A DNA stretch of 64,000 bases, taken from assembly GCA_002269645.1 (NCBI GenBank), contig NIVC01002583.1, positions 35,031 through 99,030 of the forward strand. The letters run 5' to 3'. The translations under genes and the position numbers were made by a program. This DNA is from Macrostomum lignano (taxonomy: Eukaryota). The notes beneath the pieces are model-generated. The model saw only the letters and a list, made by a program, of their open reading frames with translations. It did no database searches and was not told where the DNA came from. Shown piece after piece: positions 25,401-41,694 of the stretch. Each line of letters begins with the position of its first letter. The stretch's first letter is position 1.

Positions 25401-25670
25401 TAATTTCAGGGTGCGATTTTAAAATTTAGGGTGCATACGCACACTCTGCGCACAAAAAAAAACCCTGCATATGCATAAGCATAAGCACATACTTAATATA
25501 AAAGTACACATCATTGTACCCTAGGGTTTGGCTTTCAGGGGTTTTAATTGCACAAGTAGACCCAAGCAAAGATTCTAATCTAGCCCCAAATTAATGTGAC
25601 TGCACACTTACAATTGAGCCTAGGGCCATTATCATATAAGATTACCACATTAGACCACTAGGCTACAGCC
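22460..25670 (-). mobile_element. tRNA-derived SINE (family copy 2) split by a DNA-transposon insertion; halves ~22460-22590 and ~25470-25670
   Basis: The left half matches the SINE tail (TAGAGGCAGGG...CATTGTC.CACAAC). The right half matches the body and head (TTAGCCCCAAATTAATGTGACTGCAC...GACCACTAGGCTAC). Confidence 0.7.
22597..25468. mobile_element. Non-autonomous DNA transposon with C(A/T)GGGTTTTTTTTT termini and internal ~460-bp inverted repeats (22727-23190 / 24325-24787)
   Basis: Terminal inverted repeats are flanked by CATATG on both sides, with repeated GGTGCGA subterminal motifs. The long internal IR pair is near-identical. No transposase is recognised. Confidence 0.72.
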
Positions 25671-26272
25671 ACCTTAATAGCAATTAACTATTTTTGCATT
25701 GGAGTTTTTGGATTTCTCTGACTTTTTGGAAGGATAGAATACTTTTTATAAAATTTTAGTGCAATTTTACTTATAATAACATTTAAAAATGTTTGACATT
25801 AAAATATTGTATATTCTCACCGCAATATTAAATTTTTGTTGTCATTACTAGCTCTGGAGCAAAAAATTGCAGAAATTTTTAATATAAAAATCTTCATTAA
25901 TAATAATATTAGAATAAATAGATAGGCTACTTAGATTAAAATCCTTACTCTTATGTCACCACCTAGTTCTTATTTATTGCTCTCACTATATGCTCTAGCT
26001 CAAGCTACCATACATTTTAGTAGCAAGTTATTTATTTCTACAAACTCAGTTCTAAGCTTATGTATTCCCCCTTGCTACTAAACTGAAAGTAGTGAGACTG
26101 TTTTACGAAGCATGCACACCATCTCCAAGCTAGTTATCTCTATCCATGAAAAAATCAATGCACTTTTAAAGAAAAAACTTTGTTGTAGTTAAACTGCAGT
26201 TATTAGCAACAGCTATTGTTTATAACTTTTATTGTCATATTTTTTAAACACCCTTCAGCCGCACCCAGCAAC

Positions 26273-30501
<4,229 letters not shown>

Positions 30502-31732
30502 CAGCCCGAGCTGCATCAGAGCTTTACAGTTTCCCCACTAGAGCGACTCTGTGTGCCTAGATTTTCTCTTTATTAAAACAAATTATAACTAGCAAATATC
30601 TTTTTAGCCTTTTTTTCACTTTCATTCCTTAGTTGTTTTGCTGTTTTCACGTAGATTTATAAACTTTATTCAATTTAAGCTAGCTCTACGATTTGAAGCA
30701 TCATTTATTATGCTGTTTTGCGAACATTTTATCAACTCCGACTTGCCCAAGTCAGTCAGAAAATCATGTCAATTTGTTTTCAAAAACAGAAACCCAAATT
30801 TCATGTTCTTGTTTTTTAGACTTATTTAATAAAATGTGACATTTATAATATATATTTTGCACCTGATTTGCCCTATCATTTTTAAAATTGGACACAACTA
30901 CATTTAATCGACTTTTTGAAATAATACATTATCTCATATAGATATCTATTTAGTATCTCTTTTCTTGTTTTGTAATCATTTAGGAAATTTTTAAACCAAG
31001 TCTTAGCAGCAGTGGATAGCGGTATTTTCAAAGCAGCAGAAATCTAATTGAGTAGGGATAAGCTCTGGGCATCTTAGGTGAAGGTCAATTCCCTATATTG
31101 ATTTATGATTGTCAAGTCTTAAACAGCTGCCAAGTTGAGCTATTCTTAAACCTGCTGCTCGAGCTTCAGAGAACACCGGTCAAGCTTGTTTATCTGTGCG
31201 TCTCTTTATAGGAAACAAATGACACCATTTACCAAAAAAGAATACTTAATTTTATCAAAGTAAATGCGTCCTCTTGAGCAATAAATATTTTTACGCGTTG
31301 GCGAGAGCTTGTTTTTTGTTATTTCCATGTGATGATTACTCATGTTTACTCGAACTCGTTACTACTATAATCCGTCGAAAACAATTGAGCATTTATTCGT
31401 GTATAAAAAGGTTAATTGAGTCGAAATGTGATTTATATATTAGCTTAAGCTTGTAAATGCGAATTCCATTATTTGTAGGCAAGCCACAGTTAGAAACAGC
31501 TGAGAAAAGTTGTTCGCTGCCACACTGATCTGACTACTTCTAATGCATATAGTAGTGTGTTAGGCTTAGCTTTTTGTATTTTCCTCCCGGTATATCCTAG
31601 GAATTGCCGCGGATTGCCCTCCCATACTAACCAACATAAATGGAATCAACTTCGCCCGCAGTGTCTTTTTTTCTCCTGCCTAACTTCTCAAAGTACTTCG
31701 TCTTGAACTCCCAATGTACATGTAGCTGTAAA

Positions 31733-34700
31733 ATGCTGTCATCAAAAGCGCCAAAACTTATCTTCGACGTCCGCAGCTTCTCAGCCTCATCATCCGTCGC
31801 CTCAGCAGTAGCGGCGGTGGCGTCGGCGGCCGCATTCTGGAGGCACCAACCGCGGTCTGCCGCCTGTCGGAGCAGCCGCTCCCCGACGTTTCGCCGCTGC
31901 TGTCGCCAGTAGGCCGGTCGGCGAAGTCGCCGCAGCCGCTGGCCATCCTGACGGAGCCGTCGGCGAGCTTCGTGCGGTCGCTGGCCGCCTGCTGGGCCTT
32001 TAAGGACAGACCTCCGTGCCTGGCGGTGCCGCTGAGCCCCGCGCACTCGCTGCCAGAGCTGCTGCACGCCGTGCGGGACTCCGGCGCCCGGGCTGTGCTG
32101 ACCGACGGCGACTCGAGCGGCGACGTCCTGCGCAAAGCCGGGGAGCTCGCAGACGCCGCCAGCCTGCCGCTGTGCCGATTCGGCGACCTGCCGCTGCTGC
32201 CGTCGGCCTCTGGAGACGGGCGGCCGCTTCCGGCTTGGAAGCCGGAATCCGAGCCCGCGTGAGCAGCGATTTTGGAGAAGCTGGCATGGCATGTGTACTT
32301 AAGTATGGTAGAGAAGGTAGTGGAAGAACTTTGGTTCTCCTTAATTGGAGCTGACCAATCAAAAATGAGAATTCCTTGAAGTAACGAAATTTTTCGATGT
32401 ACATGTGTAGCAATAAGATTTAGAGTTTATTTATAGACACATGTACATGTAATAAATCCTACTATGTAAATAGCCGTTGTACTGTCCTGCGCGGTGAGAG
32501 AACATGGTGACGCGGTGTCAAGTACTGAAAATGTAGACGTTATTACGAGCATATGTACCTGCTTAGAAGAAGCCTGTTGCTTAAGAGTCGGTAGAAATCT
32601 GTGACCACTCTAATGCATAACCGGGGTTTTGTACTAAACGCAGAGGCGCACTTTAAGCAACATTTTCACACAACCGGCGAGGGGCATTACTGCCCACTCC
32701 GCCGACTCCCCTGAGCAGGCATACAAGCGCGCGGATACGTACGCAGGCACACACTCACACAGGAGTGTACAGTGGCCCTAACTTTATTTATCGTTAGGCA
32801 TGTACACTTCACTTTGCCTTGGGGGTTGGCCCTCAAGGACGTTAATTGTACGAGCAGAGCCAAGCCGAAATTCAAATTTAGCCCCAAATTAATGTGACTG
32901 CACTTGGAATCGAGCCTGGGCCGCTGGAACTCAGAGCGCCGCACCAGACCACTGGTCTGTGGCCCAAAGCATAAATCGATACACAATATGTACTTGTATG
33001 TTATTCAGATAGTTGATTTGGTGATTGTTGACTTTTACGTCAAGACTAGAGTGAGTCATCTGCTACCAGTTATTGTCTTCTGGTTGCTTATGGTACAACC
33101 GGGATTTTTTACTCCTTGTACACTGTATGACGGATGTGGAATTCTCAATTATTTATATCTATTACGCATAAAGTAAATATTTGCAGCTGACTGCCCCACC
33201 CCAATGCAGCTACATCGTTTACACCAGCGGCACAACAGGCCGCCCCAAAGGAGTCGTGGTAACCCATGGCAACGCGCGAGCCCGGTGCCGGGCGGTGGCC
33301 TCGGCCTGGCGGCTGGGCCCTTCAGACCTGACGCTGAACTGCCTGCCGCTGCACCACGTGCACGGGCTGGAGAACTGCCTGCTGGCACCGCTGCAGGCCG
33401 GAGGCAGTGTGCTCATCAACCGCAGCTTCCAGCCTGAGCAGGTGTGGCAGCAGCTGACTGGCGCTGGCGCCTGGCCCCGGGTCTCAGTGTTCATGGCGGT
33501 GCCCACCATGTACGGCAGGCTGCTGGACCACCTGGAGAAGCGACCGGACTCGCAGCGGGCAGCCGTGAGGCGAGCCTGCGAGACCGGAGTTCGGTGAGCT
33601 GCATGTGAGATCGCTGTGTGAGGCTGAGGTGGAGGTGAAGTTAGTAGTGTCTGAGACGAGGGCTCAGGGTGCGTGTACGGTTTAAGCATTCTGCATTTCT
33701 GGTGTGTAGCATAGTAGTTTTAAGTCACAGTTATTATTCACAGTGTGTGAATAGCTACGAATTTCCGTGGAATTGCCTTCTTTATCATGTCTAAGATTAG
33801 CTCAGGTGAAAAGTGCGTTTATGGTTCAAGAATTCTCATTTCTGATGTTTCTCATAAACAAAATTAAATCAAAACTTTTATATGAAAGTAATATGAGGTC
33901 TTATAGAATGTGTTTTAGTTTTGAAAATAGCCATGGAATTTCCGTGGAGTTGCCTTTCTTTACAAGGTACTACCTTATGAATAGTTCTGCTAATCTGCCG
34001 ATCATTACAAAAGGAAAATATGACATGATTTCCAATGTCGCTATATAGCTATATTGAGAATAACTAAATGTTCAGAAAAATTTGTCCCTCCCATTTTTAC
34101 GGCTATGCTCAATCCTCAGTAATATAAGACACTGCAGCAACCTTGGCTACCAGCAATAAGCTTACAGTTGTAGAAGCTTTGCGGTAAAAAATTTAATTAC
34201 AAAGCCCAAATTTCGTGTCATTGCACACAGTTTCTGTTGATGCTGTCTACTCTACTTATCAGACTAAGTTTTCTGGACGAAACTTGATTTACATTAACTT
34301 CTTGCACTTTTAGGTGCAAAATTTTCGAATATGGGCTGATTTTGTGGGTTTAAAATTAGGCCGCAACGTAATCATGGAATTGCCACGGGTTTTCTGTTTT
34401 GTGACTATAGACTGAACTACGAGCTATGAGGTACTATCCTGTCTGGTTGGTGTGCGTTGAATTCTATACTCCTATGCTATTAGAGTGCACTTGTTCTTGG
34501 ACTTCTGGCTACTAGTTGTGCATTATTAAATTTAGCAAATCAATATTCGACTATCTGAACGATGAGTGTGGCCAAAATTTAAATGACGTTTTTTGAGGTA
34601 AACCCAAAGTAATGTGGCCGTCCATGTAATGAAATCTACATCCAGATAATTTGACGCTGCAGTCAGGCGCATTTACCGCCTTAATGAATTTTTTGATGGA

Positions 34701-37700
34701 GAAGAAGATTTGATAGACCTGTAATGCATAATTCATATAATTTACAGCTAAACTAAACTTTATTACAGATACTTAGTTGCGTTCTTCCTTTCTATAAACA
34801 AGAATCGCCTGATACGAGGAGATTCTGTCTATGGCTCATCTCCTAGTATCAGGCGATTCTTTGTATGTAATCCACGGCATGTGCGACCCGAATATAACGC
34901 CTTATCTCCGCCGGAGATAATGGATAAATAATCAGCGGTCCCAGTGCGTGACAACGATTGTCTATCGTTGTCACGCACTGGGACCGCCTACCGGCGCTCG
35001 CCAGACAATCGTTGTCACGCGCTGGGACCGCTGATTCTTTGCATTGTTTTTCTGTTTGACGATCCTACAGACAATGCATTGTTTGTAGTAATGGATTGCT
35101 CTGCATTAAAAATGTGAATAATGATCGTCAAATTGCTAAACAATGAGTTATCTCCGCTAGCCATGTATGGCACGGATGTCTATGGTCTATGGTAGCGGAG
35201 TTACGCTACTGATTATCTCCGCTCATTTAACACTGGGGGAATAGACGAGGCGCACAGGCAAAGTGGATTACATTGTATGTATCCCACGGATCAGCCCAAG
35301 GGAGCTGCGCAGCCAGCTGGGGTAGGGGACCGCCTAGCTGGGAGACGCCCAAGTAGCGAGATGGAAATCCCGACTCTAACTAACTAACTAACTAAGATAA
35401 GTGCTTCCGGCGCCTCAGCCAATGAATTAGGCTCTTACGCCACTAGTGAAAAAAAGCTTCCAGGTTGGGAGTGTACTAATGTACACTTAAATCCTAATTA
35501 GAACTAAGAGGACTGTACATCGAGCCGGGCAAGCGGCGCCAGTCAGGCCGAGAGCGGGCCCTACCCCCGACCCTCAGAGCGTACGCCTACCCCAAACCAA
35601 ATTGGCTTATCTAAACCTCCCCGAAGACAGCGAGGGTTCGACATACCAGTCAGGAAGCCCGTGCACAAAAAATCCGGTTAGTTGGCCCCTTAGCCTATTA
35701 GGGTTGGTCCGAAGACCGAGAGCCGTGGCTACCAGCTGGGGCCGACCGCCCACCACCCCCGGGTACTCTTGCCAAGACAGTCTCTTATCTTTGAAGCGGC
35801 AGGAGGGCTAATCGCCGGGACTGTTTCACCCTTTGCTTCGCCAACCCACCATTTCTATAGTGACCGTGCCAACGGTCTCGTCCTGTTCAGACTCAGTCCT
35901 GGTTCTGGCACACTCCAGCTTTAATAGGGTCGCTGGCTGTTCGCTCAGAGGGCACTCCGAGGGGGGACCGTCAGAGCACCAACTGGAACAGGTATAGGCC
36001 TGCCTTCCTATACAGCTACCCACAGCCCTTCCTGATCCACTATTACCCTCCAACCCAGCCTACTAACTCATTACAAGCTTTCGGCCAGGCAGAGACAAGT
36101 TTCACAGGGGTACTGCGGTTAGGCGCCTCTATGCGAGACAAAACCAGATGGAAATCCCGACTCGTTGAACGGTGCGCTTTAAATAGTAGAGGGCAGAGGG
36201 GAAAGAGGGTGAAGGACATGGGACCGGCAGTCAGAGGGCAGCCACGACACCCCAACCCGCCGGCCAGCCAATGAGGAGCCGCCAGGGGGAGAGGTAAAGG
36301 GCAGAGAAACTGGCGTGGGCAGAGCGTACATATAGCCATGGTGAAGCTTAAACCCCGAACCCGGCCTGACCTACCGGCTCAACTGAAACAAAAGGAGAAA
36401 GAGAGACACAGCATAGCACAACACCATCTTATGAGACAGAAGCAGAGCCTGTGGCCCCACATTTGTCCATAGTCCATAGTCAGTACCGCTATCCATCCGT
36501 TCAGATTTCAGCTTAGTTCGGGTCTATGAGAATTTCCCGCAGGAAATTTTACCGCCGGGGTTTGCCTGCGCGATTTTTTCCCGCAGCGAGGTTTTTCCCG
36601 CAGCGAGGTTTTCCCACAGCGAGGTTTTCCCGCACGGTTTTTACAGTCGGAATTTCAAGTCAAATCCAATCGGATTTGAAATCTAGTCTGGTTCTAATCT
36701 AGTTTATTTTTTAATCTAGTCTAGTTTATGTCTAGTCTAGCCTAGCCTAGCCTAGTCTAGTCTAGTCTAGGCCAGTTCTAATCTAGCCCAGCACTGTCTA
36801 TAGACTGGAGTTGACTTTAAATTCCAAATGTAAAAACCCTGCGGGAAAATCTCGAGTCGGGAAAATTTCGCGCAGGCAAACCTAGGCGGAAAAACTTCCT
36901 TCGAGAAATTCTCGTGCTCCCCTTAGTTCACGTATAAAGAAATCAGAAATTGGACGGAATTGCAAGAAATACAAGATATTACTGTCCAAAACATTGTTCC
37001 AGGCGCTATGGCTACTACTGTGCACTTTTAGCTTTCTGATGGCTGTGGTGTGCTGAGAGCTTTTTAATGGGTTTAATTAAGGGTGCCCGTTTATTTCGTC
37101 TGGTTTTCGCCCGAGTTCATCCGAATCGGTCAGATTTTTTTGGGTGGGGGCAAAAAAGGCAGCAGCTCAGCGGTAAACGTGTCTGACTCTTGCGCCACGA
37201 CTCCTGGTTTGACTCCGTGCGTGGCCACAATTAATTTGGAGCTTGTGCACGAAAATTGGCTCGGGGTTTGTCGTGCGGTTCTCACACTTATGACTAGCCC
37301 CCAAGTTACAGAGAGTGTACTTAGATGCCTGACGATTAGAAACTCGGGGTCGTTTTACACCCTGTTTCAGCGTGTGGACCTGCTTGTATGGGTTCGTGCT
37401 TGCGAACAGCATCCAATGCGCTCCTATGTGCTCAGGAGTGGTCAAAATTGAGTCATCGTTTGTTGCGGGATGACGTCACCGAAGGCGTTGTGCCAGGATT
37501 CCCACAACCCTCTTGCACATACAACACCCAGACACCCAGATCGAACATACCTAAAACGGTAAAAAAAACTCCCAACAACTCCGCGCAGGCTGATGGTGAG
37601 CGGGTCCGCCTCCCTGTCGGAGTCGGTGATGCGGCGCTGGCACGAGGCCACCGGCCACTGGCTGCTGGAGCGCTACGGCATGACGGAGATCGGCATGGCG

Positions 37701-38870
37701 CTGGGCAACCCGCTTGATGGGCCGCGACTACCCGGCCGGGTTGGCCAACCGTTCCCGGATGTCCGGGTGCGTCTGCGAGACCCGGACAGTGGCCGGTTGC
37801 TGCTGACGGCCGGCCACGGCGAACCAGTTCAGAGGCTGGTCGATTGTGATGAAGCTGCCGGAGGTGAGAGTTCCAAGTAGTCTCAGAAATTTTTACAGCT
37901 TATCCGGTGACTGTTGGGACCAGTGGAATGAAAATAGTGAGACATCTCATCCCCCCACTGTTCCCTTTGTGTGCACTCAAGCTTTTTACTTGGCAAGTTA
38001 TCTACTGTAATTAGTTTGACAGACAATCCCTTTTAAGAATTTAAAAGTATTGGACTAACGTCTGTTGCGATGTCAAACCTTATAATATGCACCTTGCCTC
38101 CAGACAGCAGTTCCGAAGTGTCGGGCATCCTGGAGGTCAGCGGTCCCCTCGTGTTCAAAGAATACTTCGGCCGGCCGGAGGACACAGCTAAGGAGTTCAC
38201 CGAGGACGGCTGGTTTCGCACCGGCGACTCGGCCGCCTGTGACCTCGGCGGCAGCTTCCGCATACTCGGCCGGACCTCGGTGGACATCATAAAATCCGGT
38301 GGCTACAAAATCAGCGCCCTGGAGGTCGAGGCCGCGTTCTTTGGCCATCCGGCATTGGCCGAGTGCGCGGTTGTGGCCGTCCCGGATGACACCTGGGGGG
38401 AGCGGCTGGTGCTGGTGGTTGTGCCGGCGCCTGGGCAGCCGCAGGCGGATCTGGCCGGCCTGCAGACGTGGGCGGCGCAGCGCTTAGCCAAGTACAAGTG
38501 GCCCAGGGAGCTGCGGGTGAGAGCGTTTTACCCCCAGATATTTTTAATTGATTTGGTCTGACTAACAGCTGTTAGAGAGAGGCCATTATTGTAATTTTTG
38601 GTGGTTCATATCTTAATAGTCAGGTAAGTTCCTAGATGGATTAGCTAAAAATCGAAGTAATAAATAGACCCGCAGTCATCCAGAAGGCAAGCACTGACCA
38701 TTTTTATGCTTATAATTTCATAATTTAGTTATCATCCTGCGCCACTTTTTATCCAGTTTGCATTGCTTCTGCGCTTCCAGATTTTGGACAGCCTGCCCAG
38801 AAATGCCATGGGCAAAGTTAACAAGAAGCAGCTCAAACTGATGGTGCAGTCTGCGACTGACGGCTCTTGA
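31733..38870 (+). CDS. ACSF3: Acyl-CoA synthetase family member 3 (malonyl-CoA synthetase)-like, copy A; exons ~31733-32258, 33210-33593, 37589-37863, 38104-38516, 38781-38870; ATG is out of frame by 1 nt with the body
   Basis: ANL motifs [76 protein letters not shown] and [12 protein letters not shown]. Splice phases are consistent (2, 2, 1, 0). The N-terminus resembles a transit peptide. Confidence 0.88.
32640..32960 (-). mobile_element. tRNA-derived SINE (family copy 3), ACSF3 intron 1
   Basis: Shares CCTTGGGGGTTGGCCCTCAA...GAGCAGAGCCAAGCCGA...AATGTGACTGCACTTGGAATCGAGCC with 13325-13630. Confidence 0.75.
35278..36461 (-). mobile_element. Probable solo LTR interrupted by a retro-insertion
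   Basis: TG...CA ends. On the minus strand ATTGG (CCAAT box) precedes TATTTAAA. No clean TSD was found. Confidence 0.45.
35377..36145 (-). mobile_element. Non-coding retro-insertion (LINE/SINE-like) with (TTAG)n tail and 18-bp TSD
   Basis: AGATGGAAATCCCGACTC occurs at 35359-35376 and 36146-36163. A (TAAC)4 tract lies directly inside the left copy. Confidence 0.75.
36520..36921. mobile_element. MITE with GGG...CCC termini and 8-bp TSD CTTAGTTC (Merlin/Mutator-like)
   Basis: TSD at 36512-36519 and 36922-36929. Imperfect long IRs (GAGAATTTC/GAAATTCTC) surround a central (CTAG)n tract. A related end, GGGAGCACGAGAATT, occurs at ~48465. Confidence 0.75.
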
Positions 38871-40124
38871 CTGATTTTTATTTGATTTGTCTTTGCCATT
38901 ATTTGTCTTTGATTAATGAGAAATCCGACTAGCTGAATTTATTGCCTCGGTGATTGTCTATAAAATCGTTATTTAAATTGTCTTTACTTATTTTGCTTGT
39001 TATTATCATCAGTTTGCAGTGTCTCAGATCGTAGCCAAGTCGCCAGCTGTTAGTTTGGTGTAGGAAAGTCCAACAGTCAAATAAATAGTTCGTAGATTCG
39101 TAGAATGAAGGTGAATTTCAAAGGACTCAGGCCAGCTTCACAGACCCGATATATTATAGAACCAACATCTCCAAGCACTCCTGTTGTTGAAGGTCCCATT
39201 AGGTCCCATTGTAATTAATGTAGACAGCTCTCCTGTAAGTTTTAGACATCATACTCGTAGGTGTTTGTGAATTTTTGGCACTGCAAAATGGCGTTGATTT
39301 CGTAATGCATAGCAACTGAATGATTTATTGCACCCCTCCTCAATGCAATTTCAGCACTGCTGTTGCCGCAGCTGTTCTCACTGGAGGCTTTGGAACTAAT
39401 TTTTGTCAAGCGTAAATTGGTCAGAAAAGAAGCAGCGAATCACCACAGGCTCAACGCATTCATTTTATGCCTTGTATCATCATTCCTGTCAGAGCTTCAG
39501 TTTTCTTTGTCTTCTTCCCTACTGTCAGCATGTGCTGCTAAAGCGCCAACTGCACGGCGGACTAGTGCCACTATTTTGTGGGCAAATTTGTCTAACATTT
39601 TTTCATTTTCACAATTGTCATGTGTCCGTGGCCTGTCTGTCAGTGCAAGAGAGTAATGAAGCCTTCTGCCAGTTATCAAAGTGCCGCCTACCGTTCGCCA
39701 AACATTCCTTCATTAAAATTGCCAGCCATCCCTCAAACCGCAGCACAAATGGCATCCCTGATGGCCCTGACAGAAGATTCCTGCAAAGCCGCTAAAGTTT
39801 CGAAAATCCCTGAAACTCTCCAGCTGAGGTCCCTTAGAAGTGACGTCGTTTACCCAAACTACCGATTTTGCTCTGTCGCCTTAAATTGTTGCTTCGAATC
39901 GAATCGAAAGGAAAGTGAAAGCACTTATATTGCGTATCATCTAACACCGATATCAACAATGAGGAAGCTGCTCCTTTGGCAGGTTTATCCGCAATTAGTG
40001 GGTACTAGTCCGCCGTGCAGTTTTTCTCTCCTATTTTGTGCCGCTTTCTGCAGTGTTATTGATTCACAACAAATCATATACTTGAATTATATTCTTCTAC
40101 TCCAAAAACGTCTTAAAAAACACG

Positions 40125-41694
40125 ATGGCAGTCATCCAGGCTGCTCACCAACAGTCGCTCTGTTTAGCCCTCGATGCCGTGTCCACCACCCTGTCCAGAC
40201 GCCTGTCCCCGCTCGCCCGCTCCGACTCGGTGATGGACATCTACGAGGCGCTGACGGCGGCCGTGTACCTCATGTCCAGCGCCTCCAACCCGTTGAAAGT
40301 CAGCCGCGAGTCGCGCCGACTGTCATTCGAGCAGGGCGCCTGGGTACACATGGGCAGGACGCAGACGGTTGAGGACATGGTCGAGAGTGGCTTCTTTTAC
40401 CTTCAGGTGAGCTAAAGGTGATAGTTAAGAAGCAAACGTTTAGGAGCTAAATAGATTATCCTCAGCGCCTGGTCTGAGGTCTATGATCTATTATATGGAG
40501 GGCTTAAGCAGCCGACTCCGCAGTTTACAAAGTACGAGCGTATTCACAATCAGACTCAGACCCACTAGGCTTCACTACTGAGCAGGATCTAACGGTGTAT
40601 CATTTATTCTGCTGTCTTGTCAAAGTGCAACTGATATGTGGTAGTAACCATAGGAAGTGTTTTGTAAGGCCAACACGGAAGCTGCATTCTGCAGACAATC
40701 ATCGATTGGCAGGACAGCACAAAGACCTAAAGATCAGTGAGACAGCCACCCGCAAAGCTAAGAGACATGGCTATTGCATGGAATCAATTCAGTAATATCT
40801 TTTTAGTATTACTTAGAAGCTGGTGGATTTCTAGCAATATCTGGCAATATCACCTAGCTGGCAATATCTAGTTTAAGCTATCACCTTTATTAGTACGAGT
40901 TATTGAATTAAACCCGAATGTCTCTTTAGATCACGGGGTTTTGACGAAGAAGTTGATTTACAGCATGCTTCATCGTTACAGCATGTATTTAACCGCAGGA
41001 GGACGATCACGTGAAATGCTTCTTCTGCGACCTCGGCCTCAAAGACTGGGACGCTGGCGACGTCCCCGAGATGGAGCACGCCAAGTTCAGCCCGCTCTGC
41101 TTCTTCCTCAAGAGCTCGCGCGGTCTGGAATGGCTGCGCAGGTCGAGTCCCCGACCTCCTAACTACCCGACGTCCTACACCCGACAGGACCACAACCAGC
41201 TGCTGCGGATTCTGTCGGACGAGCTGCTCAGCGAGCCGGTGGACATTGTGTGCAAGCTGGGATTCTGCGACACCAAAGTGCTGCTCTGCATCGCCAGGAA
41301 GTTCATCCGGTTCAGGCAGAAGTTCACCAGACAAGAGCTGCTGCAAGAGATGCACAAGGAGTGGGACCGCGAGATGGCGGGCGAGCCCGAGCACTTCATC
41401 GGCAAGTTCGACCTCGCAGCCGTGCTCAGACAGTTCCGCGACTCCATGGCCTCGGTTCCCGGACCTCCGCCCGGCTCCCAGCGACAGCCGCTGACCCAGC
41501 AGCAGCAGCTGCAGCAACAGGGCGGCTCTGTCGGTAACCGCTGCCGGAACTGCAACATTCGGGATGTGGAGATCGTGTGTCTCCCCTGCGGTCACCTGAG
41601 TCTCTGCTTGCAGTGCAGCCGGTCCGTCCGAGTGTGTCCCGCCATCGGCTGCGGACAGCAGGTAGACAACTTTGTCCGCGCGTTCGTGTCCTAA
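40125..41694 (+). CDS. Inhibitor of apoptosis (single BIR + UBA-like + RING), copy A; exons 40125-40406, 40999-41694
   Basis: BIR: RRLSF...GFFY|...CFFC-x16-H-x6-C. UBA-like segment: PVDIVCKLGF. The RING is C3HC4 (CRNC...CGHLSLCLQC...CPAIGC) and ends VRAFVS*. The intron is phase 0. The true start could lie further 5'. Confidence 0.92.

Noticed and set aside
35377-35393. (TAAC)n as telomeric repeat
   Set aside because: It is too short, is not TTAGGG/TTAGG, and is explained as a retro-insertion tail inside a TSD.
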